From NCBI GenBank assembly GCA_040901675.1, contig JBBDYJ010000020.1, positions 32,001-96,000 on the forward strand: a stretch of DNA of 64,000 bases, written 5' to 3'. The DNA comes from Pirellulales bacterium (GTDB lineage Bacteria; Planctomycetota; Planctomycetia; Pirellulales; JAICIG01). The position numbers and the translations under genes were made by a program. Positions 30,334-40,142 of this stretch are shown here, in pieces (positions within the stretch are counted from its first letter, which is position 1; the number at the start of each line of letters is the position of its first letter). Under the pieces are notes generated by a model that had not been told where the DNA came from, ran no database searches, and saw only the letters and a program-made list of their open reading frames with translations.

Positions 30334-30401
30334 TGGGGCGAACATTGGCCTTGGGGCGAACATTGGCCTTGGGGCGAACATTGGCCTTGGGGCGAACATT
30401 G
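30334..30401. repeat. 18-bp perfect tandem repeat, about 3.8 copies
   Basis: TGGGGCGAACATTGGCCT repeated with no spacers. Confidence 0.92.
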
Positions 30402-30407
30402 ACCCGC

Positions 30408-31700
30408 TCAGCCGGCCCACCCGATGTCGTGGCCGGGTGTTTTCTTCCGTTGCGAGCGGATTTCGTCCATCATGAAGCTGATGGCGTGGGCGTACTCGCG
30501 GACCGCCTCGCGATAGTTCTTTTTTTCCGCGGCGGCCAGCGCCCGCGAGCCGAAGCTGTTGAAGCGCGGCCAGTCGACCGACCAGTTCTCTTCGGCGGCC
30601 GCTTCGCGCAACTGGTCGACCACCTTGGCCAGCTTGTCGACGAACTCGTCGTTCGCCGGGCAGACGAGCGACTTGTGCGGCCCGCGGCCGAAGCGCGGCC
30701 CTTCGAACGGCCTGGCCGGCAACGACCCCCCCAGTTTCCGCACGGCGACAACGATTGCCGTGGCCAGCGCCGCCAGCCCGCTCACCACCGCGCCCCACGG
30801 CTGGACTGCCCACAACCCTAAGGTGACCAGGACCAAAACTCCCAAGGCCACCCACCACGCGGAATGAATCGTGGGCCGAGGACCGGCCGGCACGGCGGCG
30901 AGCATCGAGGCCCCACGGGCGGAGGGAATCGCGGCCACCTTCACCGTGATTACCGTAATGTTATCGGGGCCGCCGCGCAGGTTGGCCAGGTCGACCAGCA
31001 CCCCGACCGCCTCGTTGGGGGGCAGGCAGCCGAGGATCACGCCGATTTCCTCGTCGCTGACCTGCCCGCTGAGCCCGTCGCTGCAGAGCAGAAACGCATC
31101 GCCGGCGGCCAGCGGGAAAGGCCCTTCCAGATCAACCTGCACTTGAGGCGACGGACCGAGCGAGCGCGTGATGATGTTCTTCGGGATGTAGCTGGGGACT
31201 TCCTCCTCGCGGATCCGACCGGTGGCCATCATTTCCCAGACCAGGCTGTGGTCGAACGAGAGCTGCTCCATGCGGTTGCCACGAAGCCGGTAGACGCGGC
31301 TGTCGCCCACGTGGGCCACCATGGCCCCTTCGGGCAACAACACCAGGACGCTGGCCGTCGTCCCCATGCCGCGGAAGTCGAGATTCGCCTGCCCGCGCAG
31401 ATGAATTCGGGCGTTGGCGTCCTCGATCGCCTTGCGGATGGCGGTCGCCGGCGGTTCCTCGTGCAGCTTGTAGTAGGTGTGCGGGACCGTGTCGACCGCC
31501 ATCTTGCTGGCCAGTTCGCCCGCCGCATGGGCGCCCATGCCGTCGGCCACCATGAACAAATGGCCGCGGCGAGCCCACGTTTCGGCATTCGGGGCGGTGA
31601 TGACCGCCAAGGCGTCCTGGTTGTTCGAGCGGCGAAGTCCCACGTCGCTCTGGGCCGCATGCTCCAGTCCGCTCGCCCAATTGACCGATTGTTCGTCCAT
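30408..31700 (-). CDS. PP2C-family Ser/Thr phosphatase (Stp1/PrpC-like) with TM region
   Basis: R.NNQD, VADGMG, MGTT, HVGDSR, LCSDGL, GGPDNIT. Confidence 0.93.
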   Translation of the reverse strand: MDEQSVNWASGLEHAAQSDVGLRRSNNQDALAVITAPNAETWARRGHLFMVADGMGAHAAGELASKMAVDTVPHTYYKLHEEPPATAIRKAIEDANARIHLRGQANLDFRGMGTTASVLVLLPEGAMVAHVGDSRVYRLRGNRMEQLSFDHSLVWEMMATGRIREEEVPSYIPKNIITRSLGPSPQVQVDLEGPFPLAAGDAFLLCSDGLSGQVSDEEIGVILGCLPPNEAVGVLVDLANLRGGPDNITVITVKVAAIPSARGASMLAAVPAGPRPTIHSAWWVALGVLVLVTLGLWAVQPWGAVVSGLAALATAIVVAVRKLGGSLPARPFEGPRFGRGPHKSLVCPANDEFVDKLAKVVDQLREAAAEENWSVDWPRFNSFGSRALAAAEKKNYREAVREYAHAISFMMDEIRSQRKKTPGHDIGWAG

Positions 31701-31894
31701 TTAGCTCGAGAGGGGGGAGAGGGCCCGGCGGCGCATTGGCAGGACTTGGTCGGCCCCAAGGCGATTCTAACCCGTTCACCCGGCAAGCAATAGAGCCGGA
31801 CAGAAGGCGGTCTGGACGTTTTTGCGTCGGCGAGGCTATAATCCCGCCCGTTTTTTGTCCGTGGCGGCCGGATCCCATCTCTGAAAGCTGGCCT

Positions 31895-32467
31895 GTGGAA
31901 TCCCTTGCAAAACCAGGACGGCGTCGGGCCGGCCGCGTGGCCTTGATCGCGCTGCTTGTTTCGAGCGCGGCCTCTGGATGTGTGCAGCGGCGGTTGACCA
32001 TCCGCAGCAACCCGCCGGGGGCGCTGGTGTACATCGATAACTACGAGATTGGCACGACGCCCGTTTCCACCGATTACCTGTACTACGGCACGCGCAAGTT
32101 CCGTTTGATCAAGGACGGCTACGAAACGCTCACCGTCGAGCAGCGGATCGCTCCGCCCTGGTACCAGGTGTTTCCCTTGGACTTCGTGAGCGAAAACCTG
32201 GTCCCGGCCGAAATCCGGGACGAACGCACGCTCGACTTTCAACTGATGCCGCAGCGAATGGTGCCCACGCGCGAGTTGCGCGAGCGTGCCGAGAGCCTGC
32301 GGCAAGCCAGCCGCCCGGGGGCGCCGGTCCCATTGCCAGCCGCGCCGCTCCCGCCCGGCGCGATGCCCAGCCTCATATCGCCCGGTGGCGTGTTCCCTCC
32401 GCTGTCGGCCCCCGAGCCGGCCGGTCCCGGCACCTTCACCCTCCCCCCGCCCCGAAACCGCTACTAA
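31895..32467 (+). CDS. PEGA domain lipoprotein
   Basis: ASGC lipobox, TIRSNPPGALVYID..EIGTTP, KDGY; start uncertain. Confidence 0.85.
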   Translation: MESLAKPGRRRAGRVALIALLVSSAASGCVQRRLTIRSNPPGALVYIDNYEIGTTPVSTDYLYYGTRKFRLIKDGYETLTVEQRIAPPWYQVFPLDFVSENLVPAEIRDERTLDFQLMPQRMVPTRELRERAESLRQASRPGAPVPLPAAPLPPGAMPSLISPGGVFPPLSAPEPAGPGTFTLPPPRNRY

Positions 32468-32523
32468 GTAGAACGGAATTCATTATTCATTCCGTTTCCC
32501 GTAACAACGGAATTCATGCCGTT
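32468..32523 (+). repeat. REP copies, family A
   Basis: GTAGAACGGAATTCATT...TTCCGTTT and AACGGAATTCATGCCGTT. Confidence 0.75.
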
Positions 32524-32655
32524 GAAGCCGTATCCTATTCTTCCGTTCTTCGCCCGTTTCTGGATAACGGCGCCTTGACTCCGACCATGGGGGCCCTATG
32601 TTGGCGCGGTAGCCTTGCCACCCAAACGCGCGCAATCTCCCGAGGGTCTTTCTCC

Positions 32656-33543
32656 ATGCTCGTACAGCCTGGCTCGATGACTCCCCGACCGACCGCGGCC
32701 GTCGCTTCGCGTCGAACCCAATTCATTGCGTTGCTCCGACTTTATCCGTTGGTGCTCTGCTTCTGCGCGGCTCTGCTCGGCGCGGGGGCCCACGCGGAGA
32801 GCCCCGGCAAGGCCGGCGACGAGGGCTGGATATTGCTGTTCGACGGCGAGTCGTTGGAGGGTTGGCATAAAAACCCGGAGCGGATCGGCCATGGCACGGG
32901 CGGGCGCTGGACGGTCGAAGATGGAACGATCGCCGGCGAGCAGGATCCGCCGGGCAGCGGTAATGGAGGCATCCTGCTCACCGACCGGAAGTTCGGCGAC
33001 TTCGAGCTGGTGATCGACATGAAGCCGGACTGGGGCATTTGCAGCGGGCTGTTCCTGCGCTCCAACGAGCGGGGGCAGTGCTTCCAGATGATGGTCGATT
33101 ATCACGATGCGGGCAACGTGGGACACATCTATGGCGAGGGGACCGGCGGCTTCAGCAACCGGCCCTTCGACATCAACGGCATCTACGACGACAAGCAGCT
33201 CACCGGCCTTTCGACCCGGCAGCTCGACACGGCGTTGCCCGAGGCCTACAGCGCCACCGGCGACGAGTGGCTGGAGGCCTGGAAAGTGGGCGACTGGAAC
33301 ACGGTCCGCGTGCGCTGCGTGGGGCAGCCGCCCAAAATCACCACCTGGATCAACGACGTAAAGATCAGCCAGTTCGACGGCGAGCGCTTCGAGGCGCCCA
33401 ACTACGACAAAACGCAGGTGGCCGAGACGCTTGGCTCCGAGGGGAGCATCGCCGTCCAGGTCCACGGCGGCACGGGCTGGCCCAAGGGTGCCAAGTGCCG
33501 CTGGAAGAACATCAAGATCCGGCCCCTTACGACCGATCCATAG
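32656..33543 (+). CDS. DUF1080 / 3-keto-disaccharide hydrolase family protein
   Basis: LFDGESLEGW, W.VEDG.I, FGDFEL, SGLFLR, WN, IAVQVH, WKNIKIR; start uncertain. Confidence 0.88.
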   Translation: MLVQPGSMTPRPTAAVASRRTQFIALLRLYPLVLCFCAALLGAGAHAESPGKAGDEGWILLFDGESLEGWHKNPERIGHGTGGRWTVEDGTIAGEQDPPGSGNGGILLTDRKFGDFELVIDMKPDWGICSGLFLRSNERGQCFQMMVDYHDAGNVGHIYGEGTGGFSNRPFDINGIYDDKQLTGLSTRQLDTALPEAYSATGDEWLEAWKVGDWNTVRVRCVGQPPKITTWINDVKISQFDGERFEAPNYDKTQVAETLGSEGSIAVQVHGGTGWPKGAKCRWKNIKIRPLTTDP

Positions 33544-33801
33544 CCGTTTGAGGGCCGGCGGTTTGCAGAACGCCGATTCATCAGTTTGCCGTCGCGGAAC
33601 TTGACTTCCGCTTCGCCAGGGCCGAAAATCTTGCGTCTGGTTGATTTGAGTTGCCCCGCGCGGCATAATGCCACGCGCCAGTGTATCGACTTGATCTGGA
33701 TAAACTTTCAGTGTGCGCCAGTAGGGCGCGGAAAATGACAACCCGTTGATGTTGATACTGACCGTTGGTACTGATTCTAGATTTTGAAAGGGAGACACCT
33801 G

Positions 33802-34404
33802 ATGAAGACGCGATTTCTGTTGGCGGCGCTGGTCGTGACGGCGCTTGCTTTTTCGCAATCGCTGGTGGCCGACGACAAGAAGGATTCGGAAAAGGAATTC
33901 TCGGCCACGTGCCCGGTCTCGGGCCAGCCGGCCAAGGAAGACAAGACCGTGGCGTACAAGGGCAAGAAGGTCTATTTCTGCTGCGAGAATTGCCCGAAGG
34001 CCTTCGAGAAGGATCCCAAAAAGTTCGCCGTCAAGGCCAACCACCAACTGCTGGCGACCGGCCAGATGATCCTGGTGGCTTGCCCCTTCACGGGACGCGA
34101 CCTGAACCCCGAAACCGCGGTCAAGCTGGGCGGAGCTGAAGTGGCCTTCTGCTGCATGAACTGCAAGGGCAAGTTCGACAAGGCCGGCGACGATGAGAAG
34201 CTGGCCCTGGTCTTCACCAAGATCGGCAAGGGTTTCACCCTGCAGACCGAATGCGTGGTCAGCGGCGAGCCCATCGACGTGGCCAGTTTTGTGAAGCACG
34301 ACGGCAAGAAGGTCTTCTTCTGCTGCGAGAACTGCCCCAAGGCATTCGCCAAGGACCCCGAGAAGTACGCCGCCAAGCTGCCCAAGGCGGAAGACGCCGA
34401 GTAG
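33802..34404 (+). CDS. Secreted protein with three YHS/TRASH-like repeats
   Basis: Three C(P/V)xxG...FCCxNC units; SD GGAG. Confidence 0.85.
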   Translation: MKTRFLLAALVVTALAFSQSLVADDKKDSEKEFSATCPVSGQPAKEDKTVAYKGKKVYFCCENCPKAFEKDPKKFAVKANHQLLATGQMILVACPFTGRDLNPETAVKLGGAEVAFCCMNCKGKFDKAGDDEKLALVFTKIGKGFTLQTECVVSGEPIDVASFVKHDGKKVFFCCENCPKAFAKDPEKYAAKLPKAEDAE

Positions 34405-34476
34405 AACGGAAGCTCATTGCGTTTCCGTTCGTACCGAGGGCGAACCTTGTTCGCTGCTCGGATCGGTTCCAAAACG

Positions 34477-34506
34477 AGGGCGCCCTGCAAGGGGCGCCCT
34501 TTTTTT
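34477..34506 (+). terminator. Intrinsic terminator, flanked by degenerate family-A REPs (34401, 34513)
   Basis: AGGGCGCCCT-GCAA-GGGGCGCCCT-T6. Confidence 0.8.
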
Positions 34507-34585
34507 GCGTCGAACGGAATTTCATTCCATTTGCCGGTTACAATGGCCTGCACGGGGCCTGGCCACGGTTGCAAGGAGCTCGACG

Positions 34586-35875
34586 ATGAACCGCACGAAC
34601 CGCAGGGAGTTTCTGGGAAACACGGCCGCCGCCGCGGCCGCGATTTCGGTCCTCGGCCAGGCACGCCCGGCACGGTCGCTCGAGTCGCCGGCCGAGAAGC
34701 TGGTGGTCGCCGTGATGGGAACCAACGGACGCGGGGCCGCCCTGGCCCGCGGCTTTGCCGCCCTCGACGGTTCGGCCGTCGCCTATATCTGCGACGTCGA
34801 CGAACAAGCGATCGGCAAAGGCGTCGAGGCCGTCGAAGCCGCCCAGCGGCCCGCGCCTGGCACGCTGACCGACTTTCGCCGGGCCTTGGACGACCCAGCG
34901 GTCGACGTGCTGGCTATCGCCGCGCCCGATCATTGGCACGCGCCGGCCACGATCCTGGCCTGCGCCGCCGGCAAGCACGTGTACGTCGAAAAGCCGGCCA
35001 GCCACAATGGCCTGGAAGGCGAGCTGATGGTGGCGGCGGCCCGCAAGCACCAGCGCGTGGTCCAATTGGGAACGCAGCGGCGCAGCTCGCCGGGCACCAT
35101 CGAGGCGATCGGCCGCCTGCACCGCGGCGAGATAGGCCGCGTATTGTTTGCCCGCGGCTGGATCAACAGCACCCGGCCCAGCATCGGGCGGGGCCGAGCG
35201 GTTTCGCCGCCGGCGCATCTGGACTATGCCTTGTGGCAGGGGCCGGCTCCGGACCGCCCGTATCGCGACAACGTGGTGCACTACCACTGGCATTGGTTCT
35301 GGCACTGGGGCACGGGCGAGCTGGGCAACAACGGGATTCATGCTTTGGACATTTGCCGTTGGGGACTCGGCGTCGATTATCCCAAGCAAGTGGTTTGCGG
35401 CGGCGGCAAGTTCCATTTCGACGACGACCAGGAGACGCCCGACACCCAGATCGCGACGTTCAACTTCGGCGACAAGGCCATCAACTGGGAGCACCGCACC
35501 TGGAGCCCGCGCGGCTTCGAAGGCGATAGCTTCGGAGTCGCTTTTTACGGAGAAGCCGGAGCCATCGTCCTCACCCGCGGCGAGTACCAGGTGTTCGACA
35601 TGCAGGGCCGCCAGACGGCGCAAGGCTCGGCGGCCGCCAGCGACGCGGACCATCTGAACGATTTTCTCGATGCAATCCGCAGCGGCCGGCGGCCCAATGC
35701 CGACATCGAGGAGGGCGTGAAGAGCACGGCCCTGTGCCACTTGGGCAACATCGCCTACCGGACCGGCCGGACCGTGAACTTCGATCCGGCCGCCCGCGCG
35801 CTGACCGGCGACGAGGAAGCGGCCGCCCTCTGGACCCGCGAGTACCGCGCCGGCTGGGAGCCGACGCCGCCGTAG
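34586..35875 (+). CDS. Tat-exported Gfo/Idh/MocA oxidoreductase
   Basis: NRREFL twin-arginine signal, PDHWH, KHVYVEKP, GTQRRS. Confidence 0.92.
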   Translation: MNRTNRREFLGNTAAAAAAISVLGQARPARSLESPAEKLVVAVMGTNGRGAALARGFAALDGSAVAYICDVDEQAIGKGVEAVEAAQRPAPGTLTDFRRALDDPAVDVLAIAAPDHWHAPATILACAAGKHVYVEKPASHNGLEGELMVAAARKHQRVVQLGTQRRSSPGTIEAIGRLHRGEIGRVLFARGWINSTRPSIGRGRAVSPPAHLDYALWQGPAPDRPYRDNVVHYHWHWFWHWGTGELGNNGIHALDICRWGLGVDYPKQVVCGGGKFHFDDDQETPDTQIATFNFGDKAINWEHRTWSPRGFEGDSFGVAFYGEAGAIVLTRGEYQVFDMQGRQTAQGSAAASDADHLNDFLDAIRSGRRPNADIEEGVKSTALCHLGNIAYRTGRTVNFDPAARALTGDEEAAALWTREYRAGWEPTPP

Positions 35876-37348
35876 CTACATTTGTTGGATCAGCTCGAGG
35901 CAAATCTCGCGGACGCGGGCGGGGTTGACGTTGGGGTTCTTCTTCTTGGCCTGCCCGACAAAGGCGCCGGCGGCTTGCAGCTTGCCGCTCTTGACGTCGG
36001 CCACCAGCTTGGGGTTGGCGGCCACCAGCTCGCGGCAGAGCTCGATGAGCGTCGAGTCGTCGAGCGCGTGGATGCCCATCGACTCCATCGCCTCGCTGGC
36101 GGTTTTTCCCGTCTCGAGCATCGTCAAGAGCACTTCCCTCCCGCGGGTAGTGTCCACCGCGCCGCACTTCACCTTTTCCAACAGCTCGGCCAGCCCGTCA
36201 GGCGGAATCGGGAACTGCACGATGTCGATGCCGCGCTCGTTCATCTCGCGCAACACATCCTGCTGCATCCAGTTGCTGGCCAGCTTGCCGTCGCCGGTGA
36301 GCTCGGCGAGCTGAACGAAGTAGTCGACGAACCGCCGCCCCTGGTTCACCAGCACGTCGCTGTCGTAGGGGGTCAGCGTGTACGTGACTTCCAGCCGGTG
36401 CCGCCAGTCGGCCGGCAGTTCACCCAGTGCGGAGCGGACCCGTTCGACCGTCTCCGGGTCGACCTGGACGGGCGCCAGGTCCGGATCGGGAAAATAGCGG
36501 TAATCGCTCGACTCTTCCTTGTGCCGCTGGGCGCGCGTCACGTTGGCCGCGTCGTCCCAGCCGCGCGTCTGCTTGGGCACTTCGCCCAGCTCCTGCCCCG
36601 TTTCGCGCCAGGCCTCGTATTGCCTTTCCGCCTCGTAGGCCAGCGCCCGCTCGACCGAGCGGAAGCTGTTCATGTTCTTGATCTCGACGATCGGCGTGGC
36701 GACGACCTTGCCCGACTCGGTGGTTATATGCAGGTTCACGTTGGCGTCGACGCGGAGGCTCCCCTCCTGCATGTTGCAGTCGCTGACATCCAGGTACGTC
36801 AACAGCAGCTTCAGCTCGGCCAGGTACGCCTTGGCTTCGGCCGGCGAGCGCATGTCGGGCATGGAGACGATCTCCAACAGCGGCGTGCCGGCGCGGTTCA
36901 GGTCGATGCGGCTGTCGGCCTGGCCGGCCTGCTCGTCGTGCACGCTCTTGCCCGCGTCTTCTTCCAGGTGCGCCCGGATGATGCCGACCTTCTTGGGCTC
37001 GATGCGCCCCTTGGCGTCGCTGATTCGCAGGTAGCCGTCGGCGCTGAAGGGCAGGTCGAACTGGCTGATCTGGTATCCCTTGGGAAGATCGGGATAGTAA
37101 TACTGCTTGCGGTCCCACTTGGTGAACTCGGCCACCTCGCAGTGGAGGGCCACGGCCGTGCGCAGGGCCAGCTCAAAAGCAAGCCGGTTCATGACCGGCA
37201 GCGTGCCCGGCATCCCGGTGCAAATCGGACACGTCTGCGTGTTGGGCGGCGCGCCGAACAGCGTGCTGCAGCCGCAGAACAACTTGGTCTGCGTTCGCAG
37301 TTGCACGTGGACCTCCAGGCCGATCACGATCTCGTAGGGCGTGCTCAT
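35876..37348 (-). CDS. gatB: Asp/Glu-tRNA amidotransferase subunit B
   Basis: IGLEVHVQL, YPDLPKGYQISQ, HLEEDAGK, DYRYFPDPDL. Confidence 0.97.
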   Translation of the reverse strand: MSTPYEIVIGLEVHVQLRTQTKLFCGCSTLFGAPPNTQTCPICTGMPGTLPVMNRLAFELALRTAVALHCEVAEFTKWDRKQYYYPDLPKGYQISQFDLPFSADGYLRISDAKGRIEPKKVGIIRAHLEEDAGKSVHDEQAGQADSRIDLNRAGTPLLEIVSMPDMRSPAEAKAYLAELKLLLTYLDVSDCNMQEGSLRVDANVNLHITTESGKVVATPIVEIKNMNSFRSVERALAYEAERQYEAWRETGQELGEVPKQTRGWDDAANVTRAQRHKEESSDYRYFPDPDLAPVQVDPETVERVRSALGELPADWRHRLEVTYTLTPYDSDVLVNQGRRFVDYFVQLAELTGDGKLASNWMQQDVLREMNERGIDIVQFPIPPDGLAELLEKVKCGAVDTTRGREVLLTMLETGKTASEAMESMGIHALDDSTLIELCRELVAANPKLVADVKSGKLQAAGAFVGQAKKKNPNVNPARVREICLELIQQM

Positions 37349-38874
37349 GGCAGCTTGGGCCTCCGCAGGTGCCAGTCGGTCGCCTGCTGGAACATGTGGG
37401 CCGCCCGCAGCAGCCGCTCCTCTTCAAAAGGCGCCGCCTGCAATTGCAGCCCGATCGGCAGCCCCCCGGACGAGTAGCCGCAGACCAGGGCAATCCCGCC
37501 GATGCCCGCCAGGTTCGCGCTGACCGTGTACAGGTCGACCAGGTACATCGCCAGCGGATCGTCCGACTTTTCCCCGATCTTGAAGGCCGGCGCCGCCGTC
37601 ACCGGTCCGGCGATCACGTCGACCTCGGCCAGCGCGCGGTCGAAGTCCTGGCGGATCAAGCGCCGGACCTTGAGCGCCTTGAGATAGTAGGCGTCGTAGT
37701 ATCCGGCGCTCAGCGCGTACGTGCCCAGCATAATCCGCCGCTTCACCTCGGGCCCAAATCCCTCCGAGCGGCTGCGGCGATACATCCGCACCAGGGCCGA
37801 ATCGACTTCGTCCTCGCGCCCCGGACCCAGCGCCTGCCGCTCGGCCGCCAGCTCATCGGCAAGCGCCCGCTCGTCCGTGCGGTGGCCGTAGTGCACGCCG
37901 TCGTAGCGGGCCAGGTTGCTCGAAGCTTCGCTGGGCGCAATGATGTAGTAGGCTGCCACTCCATACTTGCTGTGCGGCAGCGACACCTGTTTGACCTTGG
38001 CCCCGAGCGACTCATACACGCGGACCGCTTCGCGGACCGCCTGCTCGACCTCGCCGTCGAGGCCGGGGCCGAAATGCTCGCGCACCAGGCCCAGCCGCAA
38101 GCCCTCCAGCGGGCGCCGCACGGTCTGGTGATAGTTGGGCACCGGCCGGTCCACGCTGGTCGAGTCGAGCGGGTCGTGGCCGGCCAGCACTTCCAGCGCC
38201 AGGGCCGCGTCTTCGGCCGTGCGGGCCAGCGGGCCCACCTGGTCGAGGCTGCTGGCGAAAGCGACCAGCCCGTAGCGGCTCACCCGGCCGTAGGTCGGCT
38301 TGAGGCCGGTCACCCCGCACAAGGCGGCGGGCTGGCGGATCGAGCCGCCCGTGTCGGTGCCGATCGACAAGGGGACCATCGAGGCGGCCAGGCAGGCGGC
38401 CGCTCCGCCGCTGGAACCTCCGGGGATCCGCTCCAGGTCCCAGGGATTGCGGGTTTTCTGGAAGGCGGAGTTCTCGGTGGAACCGCCCATGGCGAACTCG
38501 TCCATATTGGTGCGGCCCAACAGAACGGCGTCGGCGGCCTTCAGACGGGCGACGACGGTGGCGTCGTAGGGGGGCCTGAAGTTTTCGAGCATGCGGGACG
38601 CGCAGGTGGTCAGCTCGCCGCGGCTGCAGAGCAGGTCCTTGACGGCGACCGGCAGGCCGCCGAGCCGCCCCACGGGCTCGCCGTTGCGGCGGCGCTGGTC
38701 GATGCGCTCGGCCTGCTGGAGTGCACCCTGGGCGTCGACGCGCAGAAAGGCGCCGACGCGGCCGTCGTGCCGCTCGATCTGGGCCAGGCAGGCCTGGGTC
38801 AGCTCGACGGAGGTGATCCGCCGGGCTTCGAGTTCGGCCAGCAATTGGGTGGCAGAGAGTTCGATCAGGGACAT
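37345..38874 (-). CDS. gatA: Asp/Glu-tRNA amidotransferase subunit A
   Basis: NMDEFAMG, PGGSSGG, GTDTGGSIRQPA, SSNLARYDG. Confidence 0.97.
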   Translation of the reverse strand: MSLIELSATQLLAELEARRITSVELTQACLAQIERHDGRVGAFLRVDAQGALQQAERIDQRRRNGEPVGRLGGLPVAVKDLLCSRGELTTCASRMLENFRPPYDATVVARLKAADAVLLGRTNMDEFAMGGSTENSAFQKTRNPWDLERIPGGSSGGAAACLAASMVPLSIGTDTGGSIRQPAALCGVTGLKPTYGRVSRYGLVAFASSLDQVGPLARTAEDAALALEVLAGHDPLDSTSVDRPVPNYHQTVRRPLEGLRLGLVREHFGPGLDGEVEQAVREAVRVYESLGAKVKQVSLPHSKYGVAAYYIIAPSEASSNLARYDGVHYGHRTDERALADELAAERQALGPGREDEVDSALVRMYRRSRSEGFGPEVKRRIMLGTYALSAGYYDAYYLKALKVRRLIRQDFDRALAEVDVIAGPVTAAPAFKIGEKSDDPLAMYLVDLYTVSANLAGIGGIALVCGYSSGGLPIGLQLQAAPFEEERLLRAAHMFQQATDWHLRRPKLP

Positions 38875-38922
38875 GGAGTGGGGACCTTGTCCGCGGCGAA
38901 GGGCCAAGGGCCCGTTGCCCGC

Positions 38923-39210
38923 TCAGTCGAGCACGGGCGGCACCAGGTAGAACTCGCCGTCGGTCCTCGGCGCCTGGGACAACATCTCGCGGCGGTCGAA
39001 GCTGCCGCGCGGCTCGTCGTCGCGAAACACGTTGGAAAGCTCGACGGCGTGGGCCATCGGCTCGACGTCATCGGTGGAAAGCTCCGAAAGCAGCTCGACG
39101 TAGCCGACGATCTGGCCGAGCTGGGCCGTCATCGTCTCCAGCTCGGCCTCGCTCAGCCGCAGGCGGGCCAGCAGCGAAACCTTCTGCACCTGGTCGCGGG
39201 AAAGGCTCAT
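38923..39210 (-). CDS. gatC: Asp/Glu-tRNA amidotransferase subunit C
   Basis: V.LLARL, VEPM.H, FRDD, F.VPPVL; upstream of gatAB. Confidence 0.95.
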   Translation of the reverse strand: MSLSRDQVQKVSLLARLRLSEAELETMTAQLGQIVGYVELLSELSTDDVEPMAHAVELSNVFRDDEPRGSFDRREMLSQAPRTDGEFYLVPPVLD

Positions 39211-39232
39211 GGCAAGCTCAGCTTATGGCGGT

Positions 39233-39580
39233 TCAGCTCTTGGCTGCGCGCGGCTTCTTGGCCCGCTGGGCCTGCTTGGCCGTGGCGGCCTTGTCGGGAT
39301 TGCCGGCCTTGGCCGCCTGCTCGGCGGCCGGGAGGCGAAACGGCGCCGCCTTGACCAGCTTGGTGACCGCGCCGCTGCGGAGGCATTGCGTACAGACGCG
39401 CATGCTCTTGTTGGTTCCCCGAACGGTGACGCGGACGCGCTGCAGGTTGGGTTTGAACTGCCGGCGGGTGATGCCGGTGATCTTGGTGCCGACGCCGCCC
39501 AGGTACTTGGCCTTGCCGCGGGTGGTAATCGAGTTGCCCACCGTGGGGGCTTTTCCGCAGACTTCACAGGACTTGGGCAT
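39233..39580 (-). CDS. rpmB: 50S ribosomal protein L28, zinc-binding type with Ala/Lys-rich tail
   Basis: CEVCGK...GN, RQFKPNLQ, VCTQCLRSG. Confidence 0.94.
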   Translation of the reverse strand: MPKSCEVCGKAPTVGNSITTRGKAKYLGGVGTKITGITRRQFKPNLQRVRVTVRGTNKSMRVCTQCLRSGAVTKLVKAAPFRLPAAEQAAKAGNPDKAATAKQAQRAKKPRAAKS

Positions 39581-39725
39581 CGGCAAGATCCTCCGCAAAC
39601 AGCTTCGAGCGCAACAGTTCACGCCAGCCAGGCCGGGGCGAAACCGTCAGTATATCGAAGCGCGGCGAGCACACAAGATGCCATCGTTTGCACGTCGCGC
39701 AAGCGAGGAGTCTCGGCGGCTGATT

Positions 39726-39950
39726 TACGCCGAAGGCGTTTCACACGCGCAGCCCAGGGTCGCGAGTCCGCGAGCGCACCCTGGGATGATTTCGCAAGTC
39801 CATTCAATCGAACCCCGAAGGGGTTCCACAAATGGTTCGTTGTTCCCTTGTGAAACCCCTTCGGGGTTTATTCTGTATCGCGGACATTGTACCCAGGGTG
39901 CGCTCGCGGACTCGCGACCCTGGGCTATGTTCTGAAACCGCTTCGCGGTA
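39726..39950. mobile_element. Symmetric non-coding MITE/REPIN-like element
   Basis: Perfect 35-bp inverted repeat (39751-39785 / 39892-39926) with nested inner and outer GAA/TTC-loop hairpins. Confidence 0.7.
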
Positions 39951-40142
39951 GACATTCCATTTCACGCTGAACCAAAGACTTAGCCAACAAAAAAAGCCCT
40001 CGCCGCTGTTAACTTACCCGCGAAATTTGGGCGTCGAGGTCTCTCGAAACTCCCGGTTCTGAATCGTCTTTTTCGGTCCCCCAGGTTACAATCGGTCGGT
40101 CCACCATCATCAGGAACGAATACCCCAAACCAAAGGTCTCGG

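Noticed and set aside
30334..30401. CRISPR array
   Set aside because: Units are contiguous with no unique spacers, and no cas genes are present.
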